From NCBI RefSeq assembly GCF_031769215.1, contig NW_026782059.1, forward strand, positions 248,001 through 312,000: a stretch of DNA of 64,000 nucleotides. The letters are read 5' to 3'. This DNA is from Ylistrum balloti. Its lineage: Eukaryota. Positions 27,641 to 41,030 of the stretch are shown here, piece after piece; the stretch's first letter is position 1, and every line of letters begins with the position of its first letter. The notes under the pieces are model-generated. The model made no database searches, was not told the origin of the DNA, and saw only the letters and a program-made list of their open reading frames with translations. The translations under genes were made by a program, and so were the position numbers.

Positions 27641-27885
27641 GTAAGTAGTAATGGCCTATCATCTGTTTGTAACGATACAGGCAGTAGAATACGAATTGGA
27701 GCTGTGTCAATAAAGAAATTGGCCAGTTTGATATTTACTAGGCAATCTTACAGTGAAAATAGTGAAAAGTATGTTCTAGTGAAAAACCAATATCTACCTA
27801 TATTTTCAGCTAAAGTATCTTCCTGTGAACATGTAATTTAAATACAAGTTTTGTTACATAAACATTTATTTTTCAGTGTGACCGA

Positions 27886-30800
27886 ATGGTAGACATCATG
27901 GCAACCTCTCAGGGGCAGAGCCAGGTGTCCGAGGCTCTGAAACAGTATGTTCAGCGGGACCTAAAGGACAAGCAGATTCTGGTGGTTCCTGAGGGCAAAT
28001 ACAAAGGCTGGGTTCCCCGAAGCATCTACAGTCTAGATTTGGATGAAGTCTATCTTCCTTTTCTCCGACTTCAGTCCTTTCCTGTAGGTGGGACTTCTCT
28101 TGGAACTTTAACTAAAATGAAAGTGTTTGAAGCTGTAGGAAATTATCTGTTCAAGCTTCCATCAGCATTTGGGAACTGTAAAGATTTAAAAACATTAAAC
28201 CTGAGTTTTAATTACTTCAACCGTCTGTCTCCATCTGTTTTCAAGCTAGAAAATTTGACGGAGTTGGATGTTAGTAACAATGAACTTACAGAGTTATCAT
28301 CTGATGTCGGCCAAATGAAGAATCTGAAGGCTTTGAACCTTAGTGGGAATATGCTGTCAGGAGTACCTGATGAGTTGTCTAAATGCAAAGCCTTGGAGAA
28401 TGTTAATCTCTCCAGAAAATGGTACCCTCGGGATGGTGGAATGACAGAGCTACCAAGTGCAGCTTGCAGCCTGCCAGAATTACGACAGCTTGATGTCAGT
28501 TGGCACCAAATTCATACCATCCCAGATAATGTGGGCTCTCTCACCAAGCTGCAATATCTTAACTTGAAAGGTAACTTCTTAAAAAATGTATCGGAAAACA
28601 TCACACAATGTGTTCGCCTACAAGTGTTAGATTTATCTGGAGCTATGAAACTCAATTCTGTGATTCCCGAGCAGATCCTTATGCTCTCTGAACTTAAAGT
28701 GCTTAATTTAAGTGGGAACTACTTCACTGAACTACCTAAGGAAGTGGCTGGCCTGAAAAAGCTGGAAAAATTTGTGATGAGAAGAAATGCATTACTACGA
28801 CTCCCTGATTCTATTTTTGATCTGGAATTCTTAGAAACTCTTGAACTCAGTGACAACTATTTATATGAAATCCCCCCAGCTGTTCAAAATTTGAAAAACA
28901 TTCGTTATATTGATTTACAAGGGAACAAACTGACTGGTTTACCAGATGAACTTGGCAGATGTTTCAGTCTAGTCCATTTGTCTTTAGCATGTAACGAATT
29001 AACTAGTGTGCCAGATTCCATATGCAGGCTTTTAAAATTACAAGAGTTGAGTTTAGATCACAACCAATTGAAGGAACTACCAATGTTGTTGGATAAACTA
29101 GCTCTCCTGGAAAAATCAGGACGTCTTAGTGTTTATGACAATTATCTTTCAAAACCACCACAAGAGATTTGCAATCAAGGAGTTGTCTCCCTTTTCCGCT
29201 TTTTGAAGGAGATGAGAATCAGTGAGGCAAAACACCGTCGTAAAATGATTCTGATTGGAGCAGCAAAGGCTGGAAAGACAAGTCTGAGAAATGCGTTGAT
29301 GCTAGGTCACTCCAAACTTGCTGCTGAGCATGAAAGGACCTGGGTTTTAGAACGCCATCTGTGGGAGCCTGAACCTAGTCTGCGTGTACAGATCTTGGAC
29401 TTTGGCGGTCATCACATATATTCTGCTGCTCATCACATGTTTTTGACTCCAGAAGCCCTGCATCTGGTGGTGTTTGACCTAGCTAAGTATGAGGAGGACA
29501 AATATGATACCATGGTAGGTGATTGGATTGATGCAATCGCTGATCGTGCCCCAGGGGCCCACATCATGGTGGTGGGTACACATGCAGATCTTTGTGCCAA
29601 TGAAGAGGTGAAATCACGAATTAATCACATTATACAGAAGATGAGCGCTGATGAGAAGGCAAAAATTGATGATCTCAAGTTGTCTCTAGAGAAAGCTAAA
29701 ACAGAACTTATGAATCTGACTGGCAAGGAAAGCAACACTAAATTTGAGGATATCGATGCTCAGAGGAAGCGGGACAAAGTCAGTGGTCTGCAGCGTGTAT
29801 TAAATATGCGTGTGACCTTAGCCAGTAGAGTGGAGGTCGTCAGTTGTGCTGACACACTTGATGGCGTGGATAATCTGCGTGCATTGCTGCAACAGAAACT
29901 CAAAGAGACGGATGAGAAACCCCTCCCGAAGTCCTGGTACAAATACCTGCTTGGTATTCAAAAGAAAAAGCAAAAAATCCTGCACTGGCAGCAGGCTTTG
30001 AGTATATTTAAGGATATCATGGACACTATGAACCAGTCAATGATCTCCTTAGAGGGCTCAGCAGAGTCCAGTTTAGATATGGTATTGCGATACCTCCATT
30101 CAACTGGCGAAATTGTCTGGTACCACGATAATCCTCGTTTACGTAGTATTATCTTTCATCGACCAGAAACTCTAGTGGAAATGTTGAGGGCAATATTCCG
30201 GCATGACTTTGAGAAGGTCGTCCAATTTAATGATACTTATGGGCGATTAGCAAACTTAAGTCTACACAAGTTTGAAGAAATGAAGGTAGACTTTTTGGAA
30301 CAAGGTCTGATGACAGTGGAACTATTACACTACTGCTTGTTACACTTCCAGCTTACCACAGATGCACGTGACATGTTCATCGACTTGATGCTCAAGTTTG
30401 ACCTGTGTTATGAGGTACCAAAACTTGCTGGAGCACCTATGACCTTTGCATCCAGCAGGATCCTCCGTTTCCCATGGTTCCTCAAGAGTGAAGTGCCAAC
30501 TAATTTCACTACGCAGTGGCCATTAGCAATTCCGTCGGACATAATTCAACTCTGTTATCGTCTCCAGTTTAAGAAGAGACTTCCACCAAATTTATTTGAG
30601 AAATTCTCCGCTCGTCTTCAGACTCACATCATGACTCGACATGACTGGAAAAATGGTGTGTTAGCCAAACGAAACCGCACAAAATTGCTTGTTACCAGGG
30701 AGGCTGTGGATGTGTCGTCTGGTGGTCGTGTGGATGTGTCAGTGTCTGTACGCGGAAGTGACCTACAGGAGCTGTGGTTAGTCATGCTTGGTACCTATGG

Positions 30801-33089
30801 TGACATGATCACGTTGCTGCAAGAATGGCCCTTCACTCGGTACGAGCAGTGGCTATTGTGTTCACACTGCCTGATCATGGGTGATGATGAGCCATTCCTC
30901 TACCCTGGCGAGGTGCTTCAGACTTTATGTCCTCGTGGCCACTATCAGTTAACATCTTGTAGAAAGGCCAAAGACGTACCTATTCCTGCCTGTTTCCTGT
31001 TTCCACTTGATCCTGGTAAGTTTTGTATACAAATTGATGTGTATGGAATAAATGACATGGTATTTTTCTAAATCTAGTTCTACATTGAAAATAATAAACA
31101 TTGCATCTATTGATCATGACATTCAGTTGACCCTTAACCTTGACAGTTGGCAATATCAGAAGTCAAATTAAAAACTCAAAGGGTCAGAATGTATATGTGA
31201 AAAAGACATGTCCAATCAAATACATAAGTCAAAATTCATTAATTAATGTCTAAAACATAGTCTGATGGGTTTAATAGATGCCATATCATTGATGAATGAA
31301 GGAAGATAGCTGTGTAAATGTTTTCCCTTTGTAAAGGATATATTTTATATGTGTCAGAATATCCATGTTTATTACTCTGCATGCTGGACTCGAATATTAG
31401 TTTTCTGTCATATTTGTGGAATGTTTATAACTAACTGATATTCAAAAAGATCTCAAACCTTCATGTTGAAGTGTGTGTTAAACTGTTTATTAAATAAAAT
31501 TACATATGTATAACATGCAAGAAATACATATTGCAAAGGAATATCATTTCTTTGCTTCTAGCAGTCTTGGCATAGAAGTCATGCTCTACAGCACTTTAGA
31601 GCAGAAATACTTATCATATCATTTACATGTTATCCCCCGCCCAACAAAGTTGTTGGGAGATATTTAAATGGGTTCTGTCCGTCTTTCTGTCCTTCCGTCA
31701 GTCTGTGCCGGATGCTGCTTTCCACATGATATCTTTTGAAGGACTGGCAGAATTTTTATGAAACTTGGTTGGTACACTTGTTACCTTAATCCCTTGTCCA
31801 AGTTTGATTATCGTCAAATTCTGCGCATATTTAATGAGGCTGCTATGACCTGATTGGCTGATTTTTTAATGTATATGTTTATGTATATATTTTACAAATA
31901 AACATGGGCTGGGGATCTTGAGGACTGCGTATTTTTTGTGAAGTGTCTTTCCTACATTATGTGTGATTGATAGAAATTGGTATATTCATACGAAATTACC
32001 AAGTGAGATCTGATTTTTTCAGAGTATCAAGAAGACATTGCGGAGCACATCAAGGTGGTGAAAGAGTTTCTACTCTCTACCTATGATACTGTTGATGGAG
32101 GAGGCAACTACATACAAAGTAAGCATTCATATTTATTTGCAGTGACATTAGTATATATTTCATTGTGATCATGTTCTGCTGATCAGATTTCTAAAACTTC
32201 TATCGAGTTCTCTCAAATCATACTTTGCAAAAGTGTACTGACAGTGTTATGTGTGTTTAGCTTACTCAAGCTGCAGAGTTTTCAATATTGATCATATTTA
32301 CAGGGTTACTGTCAAACCTCGGCCTTAGCTACATCGCAGCCCGTTGTGGTGCTGAATGGTCGTTGATGGCCTTAGCATTGGGACTTACCCAGCCAGAAAT
32401 AGAACAGATTCAGCTGGACAATCCCTACCAGACAGTCAAACAGATCACCACTGCACTGGTTCGTTGGCGGGATCGACGCCACAACACGACAGAGGATGCC
32501 GTTCTCAGTGACTTGCTAACTGCATTGCAAACAGCTGGTAGACAGGATTTGGTAGATGACCTGGAGGAAAAGTTCCATATACAGGGTAAGTATTTGTCAT
32601 CCTTCTCCCAAAATATTGTAATTGTTCCCACACCAAAACACTCAGCAACGGGAAATGGCCCTAATTGTAAACAATAACATTTTAGAGGCAGGTATTTGGC
32701 TAATGCATAGTCCAGAGTGAGTTTAGTTCCCCTACCAATAATTCTTGTGATTTGTCAGAAAAGTGGAGATCTGGCTGGTGCAGATAATATCCTGTGTGTG
32801 TTACTATCAATGACTTTAAGAGACAAGAGCAAATTGCCTTTATCTAATAACGGCATGACATATCTCCAGAAAAATGTTGTTTGTAACATTTTGTATCAAA
32901 TTGTTTTGTAATGATTGGTAATGAAATCAGAATAGCTCTCATATTTAGTTGTTTAATACAGAGGGACCAGTTACAAGTATACATGTTGACTGATTGCATT
33001 TGCCATCTAGTACTGTTGTAAAGGGAGGGTAATGGGCAAATGTAATACAATATTGAATATCTTTTGTTTTTGTTTCAGTGAACATTTAG
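27886..33089 (+). CDS. MFHAS1: MFHAS1-like Roco protein: LRR-Roc(GTPase)-COR plus C-terminal death domain, 1172 aa
   Basis: Exons 27886-31015, 32023-32118, 32304-32585, 33079-33089. All introns are GT-AG and phase 1; total 3519 nt. About 14 LxxLxLxxNxL repeats; P-loop GAAKAGKTS; G2 ERT; G3 DFGG; G4 THAD; an MFHAS1-type helical insert in Roc; COR; C-terminal CxxC..P..YPGE..L..P.G. Exon 3 encodes a death-domain pattern (L..IA...GAEW..MA..LGL...EIEQIQLDNP......IT.AL..WR......L..AL...GR.DL). Orthology is not tested phylogenetically. Confidence 0.9.
31630..31930. mobile_element. Mollusc-type non-autonomous interspersed repeat in the first coding intron of the Roco gene
   Basis: Starts TTATCCCCCGCCCAACAAAGTTGTTGGG followed by a TGTCCGTC-type microsatellite. 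Related pieces lie at about 5470-5580, 9630-9900 and 46300-46900. Confidence 0.45.
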
Positions 33090-33240
33090 TGGGACAGCAC
33101 TACCTCATACTCAGTCAGCCTTCAGCAATGTTTTCTTAAATGTGACCAAGAAATTTTAAAGATTTGCTGAATAACATCATATTACCCCTGGGAATCGGAT
33201 GGCTTCTGAGAAGAGATATCTCATCCCAGAAAAGAACATT

Positions 33241-33625
33241 AAGAAAACTATTGTTAGGAAGCTTTCACCATTAAGAAAACTCTTGTGAGGAGTCTTTCAC
33301 CACTAAGAAAACTCTTGTGAGGAGTCTTTCACCAGTAAGAAAACTCTTGTGAGGAGTCTTTCACCAGGTAAAAAACTCTTGTGAGGAGTCTTTCACCACT
33401 AAGAAAACTCTTGTGAGGAGTCTTTCACCACTAAGAAAACTCTTGTGAGGAGTCTTTCACCAGGTAAAAAACTCTTGTGAGGAGTCTTTCACCAGGTAAA
33501 AAACTCTTGTGAGTAGTCTTTCACCAGGTAAAAAACTCTTGTGAGGAGTCTTTCACCAGTAAGATAACTTTTGTGAAGAGTCTTTCACCAGTAAGATAAC
33601 TTTTGTGAGGAAGCTTTCACCAGTG
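33241..33625. repeat. 32-bp minisatellite, about 12 copies, probably in the Roco 3' UTR
   Basis: Unit AAGAAAACTCTTGTGAGGAGTCTTTCACCACT with variants, starting 150 bp after the stop codon. Confidence 0.92.
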
Positions 33626-36600
33626 AACATTTCTTAAAAAATGAAGCAGTAGTGGATTAATGCATTTATTTCTGGCCAGTGGATTGCTGTTTCATATTCA
33701 TACCGATATGTGTTGGATTTTTTGTTTTTCTGAATTGATTGTCGTCAGAAATTAGAATTGTTCAATTACATAATATGTAAGTGTAGACTACAGAAGACTG
33801 AATACTCTGGGCTAATCCAGTCCACCCTAGGACTCCAGATTTTGTTTAGGACTGTCCAGTAAAACATCTATGCTACCCCAGGGTTTCAGGTTTTGTTAAG
33901 GATTATACCAGTAAAACATCTATGCCACCCTGGGACTTCCAGGATTTGTTGAAGGCTGTTTCAGTTAATGATCCATCCCACCCCAGGACTTAAAGATTTT
34001 TGTTTAGGTAAACATTTTTGTTTAGGTAAGCCATCCATAGAATTTCATTGGTAATTTACTGAGAGGTGAGAGGAAAGAAACTGAACATACGACATAAGTG
34101 ATTGATTTTGGAGTCTTGGATCAAATAGATTCATTCCTTGAATAGCCCAAATCATTACAGAATTTGATGGCCCAATAAACACAAAGTTGTTACAATTTTT
34201 ACAAAAATAAAAGAAAAAATATTTAAAGCTGCAGATGTTATACATAAAGTGAAGATATATCCTATAATATATTAAATTTCAAAATACCTTGTGAGTGTTT
34301 CTTGAAATGATTTAATTTCATGAACTTTGAGAAAGGAATTATTACTGATGCAACATGATATTGACTTCACAGATTCCTATTTGATCACATGATTTGCTAA
34401 TTGAACTATGTTATATAACCGATTGTGATGTCAGGACATTGATTGTAAATCACTACACATTAGAATGAAACAATGTTCTAGAACCAGGATCATATCAAAA
34501 CCAACATTGAAAATGTATCCTATGAAATACAACCAGAATTTGTAAAAAGCATTGAATCATGTGATAAAATGGATCTTGGATTGTTTCCATTTCATATGTG
34601 ATTTATGAAAGAGAAAGCTTGTCTTTTTCTGCTCCTCATTTATGAGTAACTGTTAGTCAGTGCTGTTTTCCTCAGCATCAGAATCGGCATCCCATCCCAA
34701 GACATTTAGAGTTCCAGCGAAACCGTTTGAAAGGCTTTGAGCTTTATCATATTTTGGACAAACTCTTTTTGTATCAAAACACATTTTTATGTTTATGGGG
34801 TATGAAAAGCAGCTTTAAATTTTTTTTTTTCTTTTTTGCCCCCCCCTTTTTTTTTTAGGTGATGTTTACAATGCAGAATTTAGTGTTGTGAAAGTCTATA
34901 TACAATTCTAAGTCCCCTTATACTTTGCAGGTATAGTACTTAAGCATTTTGCAATGTTTGTAACTAGTAAGCTTGGCCATCAGATATATAAGCATTTGTC
35001 AGTTAGATTTGTTTCATTATTTATATCATATGAAATGGAAGCAATTTAATATCTAGATGATAAACAATCACAAAATTTGGCTGGTGTTTTAGGGAGTTCC
35101 ATTTCTTGTGGCAACTATAATTGTAAGTGCTGAAATACTATCGTTAAAAATCAATTATTGTGACGAACTGTTAAATGTCCTAAAATATATCATGTGACCA
35201 GTATCAGTAAGGCTACATGTTAAATGTATTTCTCATGCAGTAAGTGTAAACTTCTCCTTATGCATGAGGATGTTTGTATGTATATTATTACGTGAACTTG
35301 AGAAGATAAGACTTCTCATTGTTGAATTTTCAGTATTGCTGCTGTACGTATTATATTATAGTAGATTTACTCTTAAGATTTTCAGAGATAAAAACCCTTT
35401 ACAAAAAACCTGTACTTTAGTATGCATCCTAATATGAATTTATGTTCTAAATATATATATTGTACAGTACATATAAAAAAAATTCTTTATTGTTGATTTC
35501 ATTTAAAAAAAGATTTCATGAAAAGATATTTTATGAAAATCGTTTTTCTTTTAGAACATACCTCAGCAAGACGATCATTGAAAGGACATGAAAATAGTAC
35601 CTCTTAATAGATTATATATCACATACTTTTATTACATTTGTGACTTTGTTGTTAATAGGTAATGTGCACTAGAATTTTAGTGTCAAAGTAGGTTTTCTTT
35701 CAACTTCAAACGTCAAATGTCCATGAAAACGCAATCCCACTGTTTCACTTTGCAATCACTTCAACAGTGGAAAAATTGTTGATACAAAGATATCTTTACT
35801 GTATACAAATGCAATTTCAATTGGTAATTTGATGCAGCCTTTCCAGAGTATTGTACCTGTATTATTTTCTCTGCAATAGAAAGACACCTAAGTAAGTCTA
35901 TACATGCACCTGTTAAAATGGTCTAATTTCTTCCTTTTCTATCACAGATTTTTTGTATGTAATAATAGGATTTTGTTGTTATATTTTCCATTGTGCAATT
36001 TTTTTTAACTTTTGATATTAATTATATGTATTTCATGAAATAAATTGATGATTCACATTGTTTCATACTTTATTTTGCCAGAACCATGTGAAATTTTTTC
36101 TGTATGTCTACACAATAGATTCATAATTCAGAAATAACAATTATGATTCACTTATCTTTCCTGATACTACTTCATTATTTATACTAGTTACATTCTCCTG
36201 TGAATGTGATATATGAAATAGAATATTGATTTATATACATTTCAGTAAATTTAATTTACTTTCGCTGGGAAAGTATTTAATTTCTATCTAGCAGCTTAAA
36301 TTTAATTTTCATCTTTTGATGTGAAGTATAACCTAAACACACAGTTGATTCCTATGGTTAATGCTTAGTAAATGTTTTTGGTGAAATTAAACACATATTC
36401 ATATGGTTACTTTTTTATTTGACTCATTGTTATTTTCATCATGTTCATATGCCGTTGTGATCTATATACAACATGTATATTGCTGTAGGTATGTTTACTA
36501 TACATACATGTACCAATAATCTCATCATCATTCCAGGTTCAGTCAACCATAACATTTTACCAGGATGATTTTTCAGCACTCGTTATTTCAACTTGATGCG

Positions 36601-37781
36601 GTAAATTTAATCTTATCGCTATAAATTTTTGTAACCTGCTATGGTATGATAACTACGTAAAACTATTGGATGTATATATCAGATAACTTCATTTCCAGAA
36701 GATTTCCAAAATTGGATATTCAATTGAAACATCGTTTAGAAATAAAGTCAATAAATAGACCGATTGCTTGTAGAAGGGAGATAACTCTGATGCAGCTTAA
36801 ATAGTTTGAAGTGGTTTGTATATTATAGTAAAGTTTTATAAAATGTAACAAGATATTGAACATGAAATACTCATAAGCTAGTCAGTCTTAACAGCACAAT
36901 TAAGTTTTACCAGCAGTACCATCAATAGATAAACATTTAAAGATGAGATTCTGATAAAAATAAACAAATCACAGGGAGTCGCTTTATCAAGTACTGTATC
37001 ATCAAGTCACTGGATATCAGTATTACTTGGATTTCCATCATGAATTATGTAAACAGAGTAGCTAATCATGTAATAATATTATAGAAGTTTGACTTGTGAA
37101 TCATGTAATTTATTATGTAAGACAGGTGAAACAGGTTATGAAATTGTGCTTACTTATATTTTTTTTAGATGCTATTAAATGGTAATGTGATATGTTTTCT
37201 TTACGTTTTTGTTATTGTGTACAAATGGTCATGTTAAATGACGTAAATAAACAGCAAACATATGTACCGGTGTGTTAAGAGGTGATAATGAAAATATGTA
37301 TTTGTTGAAACTCAAACCAACAACTTCTCACTCTCCAGGCCAATGCCTTAACACCAAGCACAAGCGAATACTTGTCAAGTGAACTGTTCCCTCAATTACT
37401 TTTACAGTAGATGGTAGAAACGACACACATTAATAGCAATTTTCAAATCAAATTTATTATTAGTAATTGCTTTACAATCAAATCTATCATTTCACTTTGT
37501 ACCTCATGCAACAAAGAATATCAGTAAGATTTAAATTAGATTTTGTCATTAGATACAGTATCCCCAGTTATCAAAGTAATCTGAAACTGTTTAATCATTC
37601 TTCGACTATAGATGGTAAAGTATTGCCTGTTACATACTTGATAACATGAAATGCTTGTGGGTACCTCCTTTTTGTGGTTTAAGCCTAATCCATACCTTTC
37701 ACAGGTAAAATATTCATATTAACAGATGCATCATCCTTTGACATATAGTCTTAGTATTCCTTTTATTTTTGTGGATTTTTA

Positions 37782-37915
37782 GGGTGGTCGGGTGGCGCAG
37801 TGGTAACACACTCTCCTTTCACCTAGACATTCTTAGTTTGATTCCAGTAACAGACTTGAAAAGGTTTGGAATCACCTGCCTGACAATGTGGGCCTACCCT
37901 GGGTACTACCACTGT
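37782..37915 (+). mobile_element. tRNA-derived SINE (head plus conserved central segment)
   Basis: GGGTGGTCGGGTGGCGCAGTGGTAACAC A-box, degenerate B-box GTTTGATTCC, then TGTGGGCCTACCCTGGGTACT. A sister head lies at 60082. Confidence 0.6.
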
Positions 37916-40359
37916 GAGATCCCTTGAATGCTTCCATTTCAGCAAACAAGAGTGATTCTTAACAGTTGGAAAAACTTGTTTCCCAATAATTGCAAAATAA
38001 ATAAAGTTTATTTAATGCATTTGTGTGGTTTTCCTTTTGCCACAAAACCAACAAAATTTTCTACACGACAAATATTTCATTTGATACAGTATAGTAGTCA
38101 TAGCTGCTCCGTGTAGGTAAAAGTAAAGATTTCAATAAGTAGTGATGTAGACTGTAACAGGAAGTGATGCCACACTTTGTGTTATCAGTTTGGTCTGCAT
38201 ATTACAAGGCAACCCCATTTCTTTAAATGATTTTACATGATCATAACTGATCTTGTGATGATAATTTGAAATATTGATCATGCCTTATATCAGAGTTGTT
38301 CTCTTGTCCCAAGTGAAATTTTATTTTTTAAATACTCTTCGCCTTTTTTAGTCGCCTTGATTTCCTCTTTCTATTTTGTATAGATTACAGTGGTGAAAGA
38401 TTGGAACATTCAAACACTTGTTAGTTGATGTTTGTTTTGCCACTTTAAAATGTCGGAGACTTTTCACAACAATTATTAAAAAATCGCTTTAAATTTCAGA
38501 TTAGGTTAAACTGCACAGATGAAAAATTAAAGTGAAACTGTTGATCTTAATGGATCATTTGTCGCTACAATTCATGGACAAGTTTGCAGAAATGTACATC
38601 ACATGTGAAATATATATGATGAGTTACAATAAGATTAAGATTATTTCAATGAATTTCTATCATTGAGGTTAAAATGACTTGGGGTCCATACTATCAATTG
38701 CTGGTGTTTATGTATAAGTGTTTAGATAGAATACAAAGTGGTTGAAATTATTTATTTATCAGTGACTTCTGTAAGATTTTTTCAAAGCTTGTTTAGAACA
38801 CAACGTCCATAATTTTGGTGAGTCCTATTACTAAGAGATATTGTGGGTTCTCATAGTCTGGGTGATAGACACAGGAAGAGCAAGTGACCAGGACTTAAAT
38901 ATCAGAGTCCCAAAAATCACTGATTAATGTATATTCTTTATTGTGACTAATAAAACTCTATTTGTACGTATTACACCTGTATATTATTTCATAAAATTAC
39001 CCTTCAATATTTACTTGTTACTGAGATTTAAGATGCAGTATCATTGACAGCTATTTTATACAGCCTCACAGTTTTTTCAAATTCAATTGGTTTTTTATGT
39101 TATCACATTAGGAGTCGTGCAACTATTTTGATCCATAGAGTCTGGAATGTGTGATTTTTAGAACGAATATGATATAATTAATGTTTGGGAGGTTTGTTAA
39201 TCTACGCATTTTAATTAAAGGATGTAGTGCTTATTGGGTAAATACTGTAACAGATAATGTGTTCTCTCCTTGTTCAAATTTTGATGTTTTATCAAAAGCT
39301 TCCATTGATGAAAAGGAATGTATTTTCCATTTATGGAAATCATGAATTAAACTAAGGTCTTTTGTGAATGTTATTTTCAAACTGTTTTGGTTTTGGTTTC
39401 TTTACACATCCTTAGAGATAAGAAAGAGTGGAACTCTCAAACTTTAGCAGTATTTTACAACTTAGATTTATGAAAAGAAAACACAAGTTTGTATGGTGTT
39501 AGAGCATATTATATACTTAAGCCAGTACATGATTTATCATGAAACACTTATTTTTAAAAAAAGTTATTTATTATGATGACACAAGATCACTGGTGTGAAC
39601 AATGTGCACTATTTTTGTGAGTGTGTTATTAATCAGGATGCTTTAACAATTAAAGTAACAAGACTGATTGTATTTTTATTATTTCATTCTGGGTCTATTT
39701 TGATAAAACTTGAACCTGGAACAGTGATCGAGTGATATATTGACAGGGTAACACTTTGGTAAAATTTTATATTCTTTAAAAAAAAATTGGTAAAATTTTA
39801 CATTCTTTATAAAATTTGGTAAAATTTTATGGAAATGCAATGAAATTTCTTTTTTTTATAATCATTAGATATATTTTTCTCCTCAAGTGAAAAAAAACCT
39901 ATTGTCGGCCTTTATGTGTAAGGTAATTGGACATATTTTTCTCCTCAAAAGAGAAAACCTGATCATCAATGTTTGAGTTTCAGGTCACAAATAAGTCTTA
40001 GCTTGATCCAGTTAGCTCTGTCAAAATATTTGAGTGAATGTCAGAGTTGTTTGAATAAGTATGCAAGTTTACTTAGTGTAATGCATGCCAGAAAATATAT
40101 ATGCTTTTGTGTCAAAGTCGTCACGTATACTGGTAATGTTATCTCATTGAAAATATTTAAATCTATGAACTTTAAGCTCTGCTGTTTGACAAATAAACAG
40201 TTGAAGTCTTCCTATGTGTTTGCGTATTTTAGAGCTGGTTTAGCTCAAGCTTTTTCTATCCTGTATGCCGTTTCAATTTACAAAGTGATGTTTAGAGAGT
40301 TTTATTTCAAATACCCAACTTTTGTAAAAATGAATGCATCATTGTCAGTTTACTTTTGG

Positions 40360-41030
40360 CTCGGCAAGGCACCTGTGTGAGGTTAACATTGGCTTGGCCA
40401 AGCATCCGTGTCAGGTTGACATTTGCTCGACCAGGCATCTGTGTCAGATGTCTGCATCAGATTGGCTCGGGCAGGAGTTTATCATGTTAAGATTGGCTCA
40501 CTCACGAGTCTGTGTCAGGTTAAGATTGGTCATTCAAGAGTGTATGTTAGGTTAAGATTGACTAAGGCGGGCATTTGTGTCAAATTAAGATTGGCTCACT
40601 TTAGTGTCTATGTCAGGTTAAGTTTGGCTCGGCAAGGCATCTGTGTCAGGTTAACATTTGCTCGACCAGGCATCTGTGTCAGGTTGACATTTGCTCGACC
40701 TTAAATCTGTGTCAGATGTCTGCATCAGATTGGCTCGGGCAGGAGTTTATCATGTTAAGATTGGCTCACTCACGAGTCTGTGTCAGGTTAAGATTGGTCA
40801 TTCAAGAGTGTATGTTAGGTTAAGATTGACTAAGGCGGGCATTTGTGTCAAATTAAGATTGGCTCACTTTAGTGTCTATGTCAGGTTAAGATTGGCTCGG
40901 ACAGGCGTCTGTCAGGTTAAGATTGGGTCACTCTAGTGTCTGTGTCAGGTTAAGATTGGCTCACTCACGAGTCTGTGTCAGGTTAAGGCTGGTTCGGGCA
41001 AGAGTGTATCAGGTTAAGTTTGATTCATTC
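40360..41030. repeat. Composite tandem repeat: degenerate TGTCAGGTTAAGATTGGCTC-type subunits in a 268-bp duplication
   Basis: ORFs at 40423 and 40691 are nearly identical and 268 bp apart. A short subunit recurs throughout. Confidence 0.85.
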
